A stretch of DNA of 64,000 bases from an uncultured Chloroflexia bacterium (GCA_963797095.1 CAWCNY010000006.1:352001-416000); one strand, 5' to 3'. Counted from the first letter of the stretch, positions 9,422 to 19,453 are shown. Translations and numbers: made by a program. The notes: generated by a model not told the origin, from the sequence alone.

Positions 9422-9952
9422 CCCCTCCCCATCAAACCGCCACTTCGTGGGGCTGGTGGAGAACTTCGCAACGTCCCAGGCAAGCACCTTGCTCGGCCTC
9501 AGGCTGAAAAGCCCGCGCTCCTGCCACAGCTTGCCGTCGCTGGTGTAGTCGTAGCTATACTTCTCGGCGTACTTGCTGTTGAACTCCACCACCAGCCGAT
9601 CCGCAAGTTCCGCATCTGCCTGGGCAATGCCCTGCACCACTCCGTCGAGAATTATCGCGTCGTCACCGACCTCTACTTGCACCGATATGCGCGGGTCTCG
9701 CGTTATGTTGCGGCCCCAGCCCGTTTCCGGGGAGCCGTCGAAATAGAGGGTGCCATCCAGCCATACTCCCCACACAGGGCGGACGTGGGGTCGCCCATCC
9801 TGGGAGGTAGTGCCTATCCAGTAGTTCAGTGCGCCCTTCAATATGTCCGTAACGTGTTCCCATGTCAACATCCCTTCTTCCGTAGCCGGGACGCCGTACC
9901 CTTTGGGCATCCACGGCCTGCTTGCTTCCACTTTATTCGTTGTGTCGTTCAT
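9413..9952 (-). CDS. Pyridoxamine 5'-phosphate oxidase family protein
   Basis: DGRPHVRPVW and RNITRDPRISV split-barrel motifs. Confidence 0.88.
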   Translation of the reverse strand: MNDTTNKVEASRPWMPKGYGVPATEEGMLTWEHVTDILKGALNYWIGTTSQDGRPHVRPVWGVWLDGTLYFDGSPETGWGRNITRDPRISVQVEVGDDAIILDGVVQGIAQADAELADRLVVEFNSKYAEKYSYDYTSDGKLWQERGLFSLRPSKVLAWDVAKFSTSPTKWRFDGEGSR

Positions 9953-9967
9953 GTGTGTCTCCTTGTG

Positions 9968-10056
9968 CGTGAAACGTGATACGTGAGTTACTGCTTACTT
10001 CGTACTGCGTATTGCATGTTCACTCGTCACTCGTCACTCGTAATCACGTATCACGT
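9968..10056. repeat. Mixed heptamer tract (CGTGATA, TACTGCG, TCACTCG units) with complementary ends
   Basis: Read directly; 9975-9986 is complementary to 10044-10055. Confidence 0.75.
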
Positions 10057-10885
10057 CCATCCACCCACAGATCAGCTTTGCCGCCAGGTCTGCTTTGCCC
10101 CAGTAAATGTGGTCGGCTCCCTCGATTATGCAGGTATCCACCCTCTTTGACGAGGTAGCGGCTCTACGCATCTCGTCCAGGTCGGACTGGGTGCCGCACC
10201 ATTCTTCCTCCGTTCCGTAGAAGGCCAGCACCGGGCACTCGATCTGCGCGATATAGGGGGTGCGCTCGTTGGAAGTCAACACGTGCTGGGCTACGCGCGC
10301 CCTATCAAGGAACGTCCTTGCGCTCATGCGGTACCACGATACCTCCAGTGGAGGCAATATCTCGTCGCTCTTCCCCTCAGCCTCCATCTTCTCGGCCATT
10401 GCTGTGCGCTCGGCATCCGCCTTCCATTTCACATCGCCAGACGCGCACACCACCCCCAGCACCCGCGGGTCCTTGCGCATCGCCTGGTAATAGGCCACCT
10501 TGTTCGCCCCGAAGCTGTGGCCCACAAGCACCACGCCCTTCGCGCCCTTCGCCACGGCCAGGTCTATCCAGGGCGCTATGTCCATTGGCGTCTCCTCGAA
10601 GCGCTCCCAGCAGGCCCCTCCCGGTGTGGCATCTCCCCTGTCGTCCCACACCACCGAGATCACATCGTGCCCGTGTGTATTGGCCGTGATAAATGTATAG
10701 CCAAGCCGGGCCACTTCCCTCCCCAACTGCACGTACGGGTAATCGTAGAACCTGCTGGTGTTGCCGTGAATCCAGAGCACGGCAACATCTTTCGTCCTTA
10801 CCCCCACCGGGCTGATGATCGCCCCTTCCAGCGCCAACCCATCCTCCCGATCCACAAACGCCAGCTCCTCGCTATACTCATTCAT
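10034..10885 (-). CDS. Alpha/beta fold hydrolase
   Basis: WIHG, GHSFG nucleophile elbow, EGADH; GGAGG RBS before ATG 10885. Confidence 0.88.
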   Translation of the reverse strand: MNEYSEELAFVDREDGLALEGAIISPVGVRTKDVAVLWIHGNTSRFYDYPYVQLGREVARLGYTFITANTHGHDVISVVWDDRGDATPGGACWERFEETPMDIAPWIDLAVAKGAKGVVLVGHSFGANKVAYYQAMRKDPRVLGVVCASGDVKWKADAERTAMAEKMEAEGKSDEILPPLEVSWYRMSARTFLDRARVAQHVLTSNERTPYIAQIECPVLAFYGTEEEWCGTQSDLDEMRRAATSSKRVDTCIIEGADHIYWGKADLAAKLICGWMDVIRDYE

Positions 10886-11041
10886 CAACGCCGGCTCCTC
10901 CACGCCAATCGCCTTCCACCCACTGAATGCGCTCAACACACTGATCGTGCTCATACTGACCATTTTGCGAACCCTCCGATGCTCTCAGAACCGTCTCACA
11001 AAGCTCTCGCAGCCATCTACCAACATACTATCCGATCGCAC

Positions 11042-11067
11042 CTGACACCTTCTGTCAGTATTGTCAG
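11042..11067. promoter_or_regulatory. Candidate operator CTGACA-N5-TGTCAG plus an extra TGTCAG
   Basis: Palindrome in the divergent hydrolase/pyruvate kinase intergenic region. Confidence 0.4.
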
Positions 11068-11306
11068 CCATCTTTTGCACATATTCTGACGGGTATTTTT
11101 CGCATGTGCCGGAGGGCCGATTGACCCCACTTTTTAACGCTCCATTCACCCTAATTCACCTCAATTCTCACTCTTCTCGCCTACACTGTTCTTGCAAGAC
11201 CCGCCCGGTTTGGTGCACGCGGCTGCCTGTGAGTTTCTGCTCGTGGGCAGCCGCGTTGCTACCACAAATTTCTGTAGCCCTCCACGGGCTGCGAAGGAGT
11301 ATTCCT

Positions 11307-12866
11307 TTGATCACATCTCTCGCCGAGCACGACATCTGGGACGGCGTTGACTTGTCCGATCCCCGTGCTTTGCTGACCGTACTTCGACAGCTTCGGCAAG
11401 AAGTCCAGCGGGACGGACTCGCGACATTCTCGCGCTGGCAGCCGGCCATCGACAAACGCGGCTTCATCCAGAGCGGGTTGAACCTGGCCTACTATCTTGC
11501 CCTGCGAAAGTGGGATCTACGCCCCTTGCAAGCCGCATTGACCCCGCTGGGCCTCTCCTCGCTTGGACGCATCGAGGGACGTGTAATGCACAACCTCGAT
11601 GCTGTGATCGCTACCCTGGGCGCGATCTGCCATGAAGACCCGGAATCGCTGCCTAAACACCCTCCCTTCGAGGCGTTCTTCTACGGAGATGACCTCCTGA
11701 ACCACCATGCCGACACACTTTTTGGCAAAATGGGCAGCCGTCGGGCCGGCAGGCGTATCCGTATCATGGTGACGCTGCCCACCGAGGCGGCGACCGACTA
11801 CGATCTGGTCCGCAACCTTCTGCAAAACGGCATGGATTGTATTCGCATAAACTGCGCTTATGACGGTCCCGATGCCTGGGCTGCCATGATAGCCAACTTG
11901 CGCCGCGCCGAGGCCGAGGTGGGCGTTTCGGCCAGAGTCTTGATGGACCTGGCCGGACCAAAGCCGCGAACAGGCCGGGTGATCACGCCTGGAGATGAGC
12001 ACCGCCTTATGCCCGGTGATACGCTTCTGCTTGTCAGGGGCGAGCCTGCGCCCGACGAGGCTTATCCGTTCCAGGCGAACTGCACCATCGTCGAAGTTAT
12101 GGATCAACTAAAGGTTGGCGAAGAGGTATGGATAGACGACGGCAAAATTGGCTTACGCATTGAAAGTGAGGAACCTCGTGGGTTTGTGCTGCGCGTACAT
12201 CAGACAGGCCCCAGGGGCGGCAAGCTGCGACCGGGCAAGGGCATGAACTTCCCCGACAGCGATCTCTCGATCAGCCCTCTCACCGACAAGGATTTGCGAG
12301 ACCTCGATTTCGTGGCCGCCAACACTCAGATCATCGGCTACTCCTTCGTGCGCGAGCCTGCCGATATAGAGCTATTGCAGAGAGAGTTGCAGAAGCGCAT
12401 AGGCAAACGCTGGCGCGACCTAGCCATCATCGCCAAGATCGAGACCAAGCGCGCAGTGCGCAATTTGCCCGATCTCATCGTGCAGGCGGCGGGCAAGCAG
12501 CCCTTCGGGGTGATGATAGCCAGGGGCGACCTCGCCGTTGAAATAGGCTACCAGCGCCTGGCTGAGATGCAGGAAGAGATCATGTGGCTCTGCGAGGCGG
12601 CCCATGTGCCCGTCATCTGGGCTACCCAGGTTCTCGAAAACCTCGTACGCAAAGGCATTCCAACGCGGGCCGAGATAACCGACGCCGCCATGTCCGAGAG
12701 AGCCGAATGTGTGATGCTGAACAAGGGGTCATACCTCACGCAGGCGGTCGGTATCCTGGTGGATGTGCTGACCCGTATGCGAGAGCATCAGGTAAAAAAG
12801 ACCCCTCAGCTAAGGGCGCTACAGACCTGGAAGCCCCGCAAAGTTTCGGAAGTACTATCTGAATAG
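11307..12866 (+). CDS. pyk: Pyruvate kinase, atypical (N-terminal extension, no C-terminal allosteric domain)
   Basis: RINCA, MDLAGPK, IDDG, IIAKIET, MIARGDL, WATQVLE, PTRAEITD, CVMLNKG; AAGGAG RBS before TTG 11307. Confidence 0.9.
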   Translation: MITSLAEHDIWDGVDLSDPRALLTVLRQLRQEVQRDGLATFSRWQPAIDKRGFIQSGLNLAYYLALRKWDLRPLQAALTPLGLSSLGRIEGRVMHNLDAVIATLGAICHEDPESLPKHPPFEAFFYGDDLLNHHADTLFGKMGSRRAGRRIRIMVTLPTEAATDYDLVRNLLQNGMDCIRINCAYDGPDAWAAMIANLRRAEAEVGVSARVLMDLAGPKPRTGRVITPGDEHRLMPGDTLLLVRGEPAPDEAYPFQANCTIVEVMDQLKVGEEVWIDDGKIGLRIESEEPRGFVLRVHQTGPRGGKLRPGKGMNFPDSDLSISPLTDKDLRDLDFVAANTQIIGYSFVREPADIELLQRELQKRIGKRWRDLAIIAKIETKRAVRNLPDLIVQAAGKQPFGVMIARGDLAVEIGYQRLAEMQEEIMWLCEAAHVPVIWATQVLENLVRKGIPTRAEITDAAMSERAECVMLNKGSYLTQAVGILVDVLTRMREHQVKKTPQLRALQTWKPRKVSEVLSE

Positions 12867-12875
12867 GAGGAAGCA

Positions 12876-13112
12876 ATGTCAGCAATAGTAGAATTGAGTA
12901 AATACAGTCCCGCCGAGATCGAAGTTTATAACGTGCAGGTGTCCGATAATGACACTTTCCATCCGAAAGAAGGCATCGTGCTTAGATGGGTCTACCCCGA
13001 TGGCGCGCCCTCATTCCAATGCGTGACCTGCCACACAGAAAGCGTTTCCTACCTCAGCCCTTGCGTGCATGTGGAACAACTGAAGCGCCAGCTAGGCGAC
13101 GGATATCTATGA
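12876..13112 (+). CDS. Small hypothetical protein with SWIM-like CxxC...CxH
   Basis: AGGAGG RBS; FQCVTCH..PCVHV. Confidence 0.65.
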   Translation: MSAIVELSKYSPAEIEVYNVQVSDNDTFHPKEGIVLRWVYPDGAPSFQCVTCHTESVSYLSPCVHVEQLKRQLGDGYL

Positions 13113-14291
13113 TAAGTACTCTTTGAGCGTGTTTATCTCCGCCATTACCACCTCGACGGGGATGGCCCGCATCTCCGGCCCGCCCTCCAACTCCTTCGAT
13201 CCTACATCGAGGCGTTGGGTTGGGCGCGTGCCGGGTGCGCGTAATACCCGGTGCACGCGAGGGTCGCCCCACGGCCCCCAGATACTATCGTCGCTCGGCC
13301 CGTAAAGGCGCAACGTAGGCTTGTCCAGCGCATCCGCGATATGCAGCGGCCCGTTGTCTACCCCCAGCACCATGTCGGCCTTTTCAAGCACCAACACGAG
13401 TTGCGCCAGATTAGCGGTAAGGCCCACCAGATTGCGGATTTTGGATTGCGGATTTTGGATTCTGGAGAGGATGGCGTCTGTCAGGGGCTTCTCTTGCGGT
13501 GAGCCTGTTAGCGCCACCGACCACCCATTTTCGGCCAGCCTGCTTGCTACCTCCGCCCAGCCTTCGATTGTCCATAGCTTGTTTGCGGCCATTGTGCCGG
13601 GGTGTATTATCACGCGCCGCTCGGTATTGAGCCATTCCTCGATGGTCGGGTTGTCCGGCTGTTCGGCCTTCGGTGGCCTTAACTGCGGGATACCTTTGTC
13701 GCGGTCAATCTCCAGAGGCGGGAGCTTGCACGCACCCATCCCTTCCAGCATCGCTTGTACCATTATCAGGTTTTGCTCGACTTCGTGCTTGCCTGGCCTG
13801 TAGGGCACCGCGTTCGTGAGCCATTCGCCCATGCCGGGCGTTGCGTATCCCCACCTGTGCGGGATGCGTGCCGCTGCCATCAGGGCCGCGCCCCACCAGT
13901 GGTCGAACCGCAGCACGATCCCCAGGTCATACTCCTCGCGCTCCAGCCTGATCCCCTCGCGCCTGAGCAGCATGTATGGCGCGAGCACCCCGCCTTCCCT
14001 TCCACCCCCTATACCGGGAAAGCGCAGCACTTTTAGCTCGTCGAGATCGGGGTTGCCCTCCCACATAGCGCGCCCCCACGGCCCCACCATCCCGGTGATG
14101 CGGGCATCGGGGAACCCCTCGCGTATGCGCTTGAGGGCCGGGGTGGCGAATAGGAGATCGCCCAGGTGATCGGGGCGTATCACCAGCACGCGCTTGATGG
14201 GCCGTCCCATGCGCCTTGAAACCATCCACATCAGGCGCGGGCTGGTTACTCTGAGCAGCGCATCGCGCACCACTGTTTTGGTGCTGCTCAC
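13107..14291 (-). CDS. Glycosyltransferase family 9 (heptosyltransferase-like)
   Basis: IRPDHLGDLL, IHPG..KLW, DNGPLHIA, LYGP; GTG start coupled to the upstream TGA. Confidence 0.9.
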   Translation of the reverse strand: MSSTKTVVRDALLRVTSPRLMWMVSRRMGRPIKRVLVIRPDHLGDLLFATPALKRIREGFPDARITGMVGPWGRAMWEGNPDLDELKVLRFPGIGGGREGGVLAPYMLLRREGIRLEREEYDLGIVLRFDHWWGAALMAAARIPHRWGYATPGMGEWLTNAVPYRPGKHEVEQNLIMVQAMLEGMGACKLPPLEIDRDKGIPQLRPPKAEQPDNPTIEEWLNTERRVIIHPGTMAANKLWTIEGWAEVASRLAENGWSVALTGSPQEKPLTDAILSRIQNPQSKIRNLVGLTANLAQLVLVLEKADMVLGVDNGPLHIADALDKPTLRLYGPSDDSIWGPWGDPRVHRVLRAPGTRPTQRLDVGSKELEGGPEMRAIPVEVVMAEINTLKEYLS

Positions 14292-15517
14292 GCCTCTTCT
14301 CGCCCGTTGCCGTTGGGGCGACTCGCGGTGCGGGCGTACATCTTCTCGATAGCCGCCCACACCCCCTCCACCGTCACCACGCCGTGATACTCCTCGCCTG
14401 AGCGAGCCGCTCGTCTCAATGCTTCCGCCCCCGATCCTCTCATGCCTGGCTTTGGCGCAACCGCCACGGCATGGCGCGAGGGGTCCCATGGTCCATAGCG
14501 CGCCGGGTCGCTCGGGCCGAACACCGCCACCACGGGGGTGCGCATGGCGGTTGCAAGGTGCATGGCCCCTGTATCGTGCCCCAGGAACAGCTCGCACCAA
14601 CCGATCAGCGCGGCCATCACCCCCCAATCAAGCTTGCCTACAAGGTCCACCACGCGCGGCGCTGTGGTCTCGAAGATCGTGCTCTTCAGCCTCTCTGCGG
14701 CCTCGCGGTCCTCTTTGCCCGGCCCTCCCAACAGCAGGATGGACGTATCGCGCGTCTCCACCAGCCAATCCGCTATACGCGCCCACCGCTCCGGCTGCCA
14801 CCGCTTTGATAGGAGCCTCATGCCGGGGTTCGAGCCTCCCCCCAGGTGCAGCGTCACGCAACCGTCCTCTTCGTCGCCCAGCCCCGCCTCCGATACGATG
14901 CGACCCGCCTCGTGGCGGTCCTCCTCGGTGGGGAAGAACTCCAGGAACGATTGGTCACGAGGGGCAGCTATGCCCAGGGCGCGCACCACGTCCAGGTACC
15001 ACTCGACTTCGTGTCGCACCTTGTCGGGCGGGCATGGCACAGGGTGGGTGAGCGCGATCCCGCGCCCATCGCTGTCGAGGCCCGCCCGCACCTGCGCCCG
15101 TCCCATCCGCGCCGCCAGGTTGAGCATAGGCGACCTGTCGAGCACTACCGCCGTGCCGAACTTGCCACGCCGGATCGCCCTGCCAAGCTTCGTGTAATCG
15201 GCCCACCGCGCCGATTCGCCCCCCACGGGCACATCCAGCAAGCCGTCCAGGCGCGGGTTGTGCGCGACCGCCTGCCTGGACCACCCACCCACCGCCATCT
15301 CGATATGCGAGTTGGGCAGCGCCCTCCTGAGCGCGGCGATAGCGGGGGTTGCCATAAGCACATCCCCCATGCAACACGGTTTGATTACAATCACCCTGCG
15401 TAGGTGTGGATCTGCTGGGTCCAGGCGTTTGCCTCGCCCCGGCTTTAGTCGCCAGGGCAGGCCCGCCAGCCGCGCCGCCCCGCCTACTGCCTGCGTTCGG
15501 ATACCAGGCACAGCCAA
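14288..15517 (-). CDS. Glycosyltransferase family 9 (WaaF-like)
   Basis: MGDVLMATP, SKRW, HDTGAMHLA, VFGPSDP. Confidence 0.9.
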   Translation of the reverse strand: MAVPGIRTQAVGGAARLAGLPWRLKPGRGKRLDPADPHLRRVIVIKPCCMGDVLMATPAIAALRRALPNSHIEMAVGGWSRQAVAHNPRLDGLLDVPVGGESARWADYTKLGRAIRRGKFGTAVVLDRSPMLNLAARMGRAQVRAGLDSDGRGIALTHPVPCPPDKVRHEVEWYLDVVRALGIAAPRDQSFLEFFPTEEDRHEAGRIVSEAGLGDEEDGCVTLHLGGGSNPGMRLLSKRWQPERWARIADWLVETRDTSILLLGGPGKEDREAAERLKSTIFETTAPRVVDLVGKLDWGVMAALIGWCELFLGHDTGAMHLATAMRTPVVAVFGPSDPARYGPWDPSRHAVAVAPKPGMRGSGAEALRRAARSGEEYHGVVTVEGVWAAIEKMYARTASRPNGNGREEA

Positions 15518-16500
15518 TCGCCTTCCTTGCGCTCTTCGTGCGCGGGCAAGCCCGCCCGCTCCAATGCCGCTTTGACGGCTTCGCCACGCTCGAAGAATAT
15601 GCCTGATGATATTAGGATTCCGCCCGGCGCCAGCAGCCCGTACAGCGACCTCGATAGCTCGATGATCACGCTCGCCAGAATGTTCGCCACGATCACGTTG
15701 TAAAGTCCATTCTCTTTCGCCGCTTCCACCGACCCCAACCCAACCTCGATCCGGTCAGCCAGTCCATTTCGCTCTACATTCTGCGCCGTAGCATCCACGG
15801 CCACAGGATCGGTGTCAAGCGCCGTCACACGCAAGACATCCCCGCTCAGCTTGGCAGCCGCGATAGCCAGTATGCCTGAGCCGGTGCCGAGGTCGAGGAT
15901 GTTGGAAGGTGATATGTGATACGTGATACGTGATATGTGATCGTCTTCCTCATAGTTCCCATTCGTGCTTCGTGCTTCGTCCTTCGTCCCACCAGGCACG
16001 TAATCCTCCAGCGCCTCCAGGCAGAGGCGGGTGGTGGGGTGGAGGCCGGTGCCGAACGCCATCCCTGGGTCGAGGTCAAGCACTATGTCGCGCTCTTTCG
16101 GAGTGTAGTCGAGCCACGACGGTTTGATCACGATGTGCTTGCCCATGCGCTGCACACCGTAGAAGGCTTTCCAGGCGTTGGCCCAATCTTCCTCTTTGCA
16201 CTCTCTCACGCGTAATTCGCCTACCGGACGCATCCGGCCCAGGTGCCACAGCGCTTCCTCGATCCGGCTCTTCTTCTCCTCAGCCTCATTGTCGAGAGGC
16301 AAATAGGTGCGCACGCTGATAGGGCGGGTCGGGTCGATCTCAGGAAACTGAAGCTCGTCCCAGCTATCCTGCTCGGACTGTGGCCCCTCCACCCCCTGCT
16401 CGACCACCACCCCGCCGTTATACCCGAGGCGCGCGAAAAGCTCGCTCACAGGCTCAACAGCCTCCGGGTCAACCTCAACTGAAAGCTCTAGCCAGTTCAT
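15484..16500 (-). CDS. prmA: 50S ribosomal protein L11 methyltransferase
   Basis: EEDWANAWK, DPGMAFGTGLHPTT, LDLGTGSGILAI, ANILA, SGI. Confidence 0.96.
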   Translation of the reverse strand: MNWLELSVEVDPEAVEPVSELFARLGYNGGVVVEQGVEGPQSEQDSWDELQFPEIDPTRPISVRTYLPLDNEAEEKKSRIEEALWHLGRMRPVGELRVRECKEEDWANAWKAFYGVQRMGKHIVIKPSWLDYTPKERDIVLDLDPGMAFGTGLHPTTRLCLEALEDYVPGGTKDEARSTNGNYEEDDHISRITYHISPSNILDLGTGSGILAIAAAKLSGDVLRVTALDTDPVAVDATAQNVERNGLADRIEVGLGSVEAAKENGLYNVIVANILASVIIELSRSLYGLLAPGGILISSGIFFERGEAVKAALERAGLPAHEERKEGDWLCLVSERRQ

Positions 16501-16507
16501 AGTCTTT

Positions 16508-16577
16508 GTGACGAGTGACGAGTGACGAGTGACGAGTGAATACGCGATACGCGATACGCGATACGCGATACGCGATA
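16508..16577. repeat. Heptamer tract (GTGACGA)4-GTGA-(ATACGCG)5
   Basis: Read directly; fills most of the gap between the nucleotidyltransferase and prmA. Confidence 0.9.
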
Positions 16578-16589
16578 TTTACTCGGTAC

Positions 16590-17612
16590 TCACTTAAACG
16601 TCTCGTCTATTTCGGTCGTGCCTGTACCGCCTGTGCGGGCTATCGAGTCGTCGCCCAGGTTGATTGTGTTGTACGAGCCTTCGACCATAGCGCGCTCACC
16701 GATCAGGGTGCCGAAGAGCATCGAGCTACTCACCGTGGCGTTGGGGGCGATGATGCTGTTCTTTACGATGGAGTCGCGCACCTCCGCGCCCTCCGAAATC
16801 GAGGCGTATGGGCCGATGATGCTGTTGTCTATCTCGGCCTCATCGGCCACGTACGAAGGCGGTATGATCAGCGAATTGCCGCGCTGGTACGGGTCTTCCA
16901 GCTTGTCCATCTTCTTGAGCAGGTAGCGGTTCGCGTGCAGCACCGCGTCCCAGGTACCGGTGTCCTCCCAGGCGTCCACCTGGAACGTGCGGAACTTCGC
17001 GCCCTCATCGATCATCACCTGAATAGCATCCGCCAGGTAATATTCTCCCTTGAGCGATTTGCCCGACGCCATCAGCTTATCTATTGCACTGAACAGCCAC
17101 TGCAAATCCTTGTAATAGTACAGCCCCACCACCGCCAGGTCGCTTTCAGGCTCGGCTGGCTTCTCCACCAGCTTGCTCACGATCCCCTCGTCGTTCAACA
17201 CGGCGATCCCGAAGCGCCTGGGATCGGGCACGGGCATCACATACATCGCCCCATCCACGTCCAGGTTCTTCAGTGGGGTCAGGTCGGCCTCGAACAGAGT
17301 GTCCACGAAGAGCGTCATCAGGTCGCCTGTCACGTGCTCACGCGCCAGCGCGATAGCATCCGCCTGCCCGCGCATCACCTTCTGCTCTATGAAGGTCGAT
17401 TTGTATTTATAGTTTTGCTTGACATAATCTTCCATCTGCTCGCCCATGCGGCCCACGATGAAGATCAATTCCTCGATATCGAGCGGCTCCAATGCATCGA
17501 GCACGAACGCCAGCGACGGCCTGCCCGCCACCGGCACAAGCGGTTTGGGTCTGGTGTGAGTGTGAGGCCGCATTCGGGTGCCGTAGCCCGCGGCGGGGAT
17601 TATTACTTTCAT
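16590..17612 (-). CDS. Sugar-phosphate nucleotidyltransferase (glucose-1-P thymidylyltransferase-like)
   Basis: IIPAAGYGTRMRP..PKPL, VEKP, C-terminal hexapeptide repeats. Confidence 0.92.
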   Translation of the reverse strand: MKVIIPAAGYGTRMRPHTHTRPKPLVPVAGRPSLAFVLDALEPLDIEELIFIVGRMGEQMEDYVKQNYKYKSTFIEQKVMRGQADAIALAREHVTGDLMTLFVDTLFEADLTPLKNLDVDGAMYVMPVPDPRRFGIAVLNDEGIVSKLVEKPAEPESDLAVVGLYYYKDLQWLFSAIDKLMASGKSLKGEYYLADAIQVMIDEGAKFRTFQVDAWEDTGTWDAVLHANRYLLKKMDKLEDPYQRGNSLIIPPSYVADEAEIDNSIIGPYASISEGAEVRDSIVKNSIIAPNATVSSSMLFGTLIGERAMVEGSYNTINLGDDSIARTGGTGTTEIDETFK

Positions 17613-17755
17613 TCGTTTTCTCTATTCTTTAAATTGTAGTCCTTGGTTGACCATAGAGAGTCTATCCGAAACACCCTGAACACGCAAGACACGTACCAAA
17701 CCCCAAATCAGATTACGCGCCGGCAGAATGAAACTGTTATATACACAGCGAAAGA

Positions 17756-19432
17756 TTGTACAATAACAGCAACGTGCCCAACAAAGGACAAATCGCCAAT
17801 AAAGGAGGCAGCGAGCCACTCTCCCAAACAGAGCGCGCTGCGGCTCTTCGCCGTATGGCCGCCGAAGGCGTGGATATCCTTGTGATAGGAGGAGGCATTA
17901 CCGGGGCAGGGGTCGCCCTGGACGCGGCGGCCCGCGGCCACAGCGTTGGCCTTGTCGAGAAGGGGGACTTCGCAAGCGGCACCAGCAGCAAATCCACTCG
18001 CCTCGTACACGGCGGCATCCGCTATCTTCCCCAGTTCGACTTCGACCTCGTGCGCGAGGCTCTCGTAGAGCGCGGCCTACTGATGCGCAACGCTCCCTTC
18101 CTGGTGCGCCCCCTGGCCTTCGTGCTCCCCCTCTACGCGGGCGACCACCGCCCACTCAGCATTCCCTTCGCCCCACCCTTTGGGCTCGGCCTTTCCTATA
18201 TCCTGCGTGCCGGGCTGCTTCTCTACGATCTCATGTCCGGCAGGCTCGGCATCCGCAGGCACAGGCACATCGGCCCCCAGCGCGCCCTCAGGATGGCTCT
18301 CTGTCTGCGGAGCGAAGGTCTCAAAGATGCCTTCGTCTACTACGATGCCCGCACCGACAACTCCCGCCTTACCCTCACTGTTCTCCGCACTGCCGCCCGG
18401 CGCGGCGCGATGCTCGCCAACTATGCCGAGGTAATAGGCTTCCGCCGCGAGACCGGCAATATCACGGCAGCCTGGGTTCGCGACCACATCTCAGGCGATC
18501 TCCTTGAAGTTGGTGTGCGCACCGTCATAAACGCAGGCGGCGTCTACGCAGGAAGAGTGGAAGCCCTCGCGGAAGATGCCGCCGAGTTTGCCAGCCTTGA
18601 CCACCTCCGCATAATACCCGCCAAAGGCGTCCACCTGGTAATCAGCCGCCGAAAATTGAGAATAGGAAGCGCGGCGGTGGTCCTCCCCGAAACCGACGAT
18701 GGCCGCATCCTATTCCTCGTCCCCTCCGGCCCCCACGTGATCGTAGGTACCACCGACACCGTTGGTGGTACCATTGACCGCCCCGAAGCCACCCAGGAAG
18801 ATATCGATTACCTCCTGCGACACGTCAATCGTTACATGGCCTGCCACGTGGGCGCCTCCGACGTGATAACTACCTGGGCAGGCTATCGTCCCCTCATACA
18901 GCCCAACGATAGATCCACAAGCTCCTCGCGCCTTTCACGGACCCATATCGTGCGCGAAGGGCCGGGTGGCATGATCACGATCACAGGCGGCAAGCTGACC
19001 ACCTACAGGCGTATGGCCCAGGATGCCCTCGACTTCGCCGCCCGCCGTCGTGGCGAGCGTACACAGCGCCCCACCGAGCACCTGCCTCTGGCGGGCGCGG
19101 AAGATTGGCGCCAAGCGCAACAGGCGCTCCAATCCTATGAACACCGCGGTATCATCAAACCTGATACGGTACAACGCCTCATATCCTACGGCTCGGAAGC
19201 CCTCACGATCTTGTCCTACATAGACTCCAACCGAAAACTGGCCGACCGCATCGTACCTAACCTCCACTATATAATGGCCGAAGTGGTCTACGCGTGCAGG
19301 CACGAAATGGCCCTCACTGTGCGCGATGTGCTTGAACGCCGCCTCCACATAGCCACCGAAACCCCCGACGACGGCCAAAGTGTTGCCGGATCAGTAACTC
19401 AACTGATGGCCCAGGAGCTAGGCTGGGATTAA
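17756..19432 (+). CDS. glpD: FAD-dependent glycerol-3-phosphate dehydrogenase/oxidase
   Basis: IGGGITGAG, SGTSSKSTRLVHGGIRYL, AGYRPL, GGKLTTYR. Confidence 0.93.
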   Translation: MYNNSNVPNKGQIANKGGSEPLSQTERAAALRRMAAEGVDILVIGGGITGAGVALDAAARGHSVGLVEKGDFASGTSSKSTRLVHGGIRYLPQFDFDLVREALVERGLLMRNAPFLVRPLAFVLPLYAGDHRPLSIPFAPPFGLGLSYILRAGLLLYDLMSGRLGIRRHRHIGPQRALRMALCLRSEGLKDAFVYYDARTDNSRLTLTVLRTAARRGAMLANYAEVIGFRRETGNITAAWVRDHISGDLLEVGVRTVINAGGVYAGRVEALAEDAAEFASLDHLRIIPAKGVHLVISRRKLRIGSAAVVLPETDDGRILFLVPSGPHVIVGTTDTVGGTIDRPEATQEDIDYLLRHVNRYMACHVGASDVITTWAGYRPLIQPNDRSTSSSRLSRTHIVREGPGGMITITGGKLTTYRRMAQDALDFAARRRGERTQRPTEHLPLAGAEDWRQAQQALQSYEHRGIIKPDTVQRLISYGSEALTILSYIDSNRKLADRIVPNLHYIMAEVVYACRHEMALTVRDVLERRLHIATETPDDGQSVAGSVTQLMAQELGWD

Positions 19433-19453
19433 TAAAGTAATCCAAAAAGGCCC

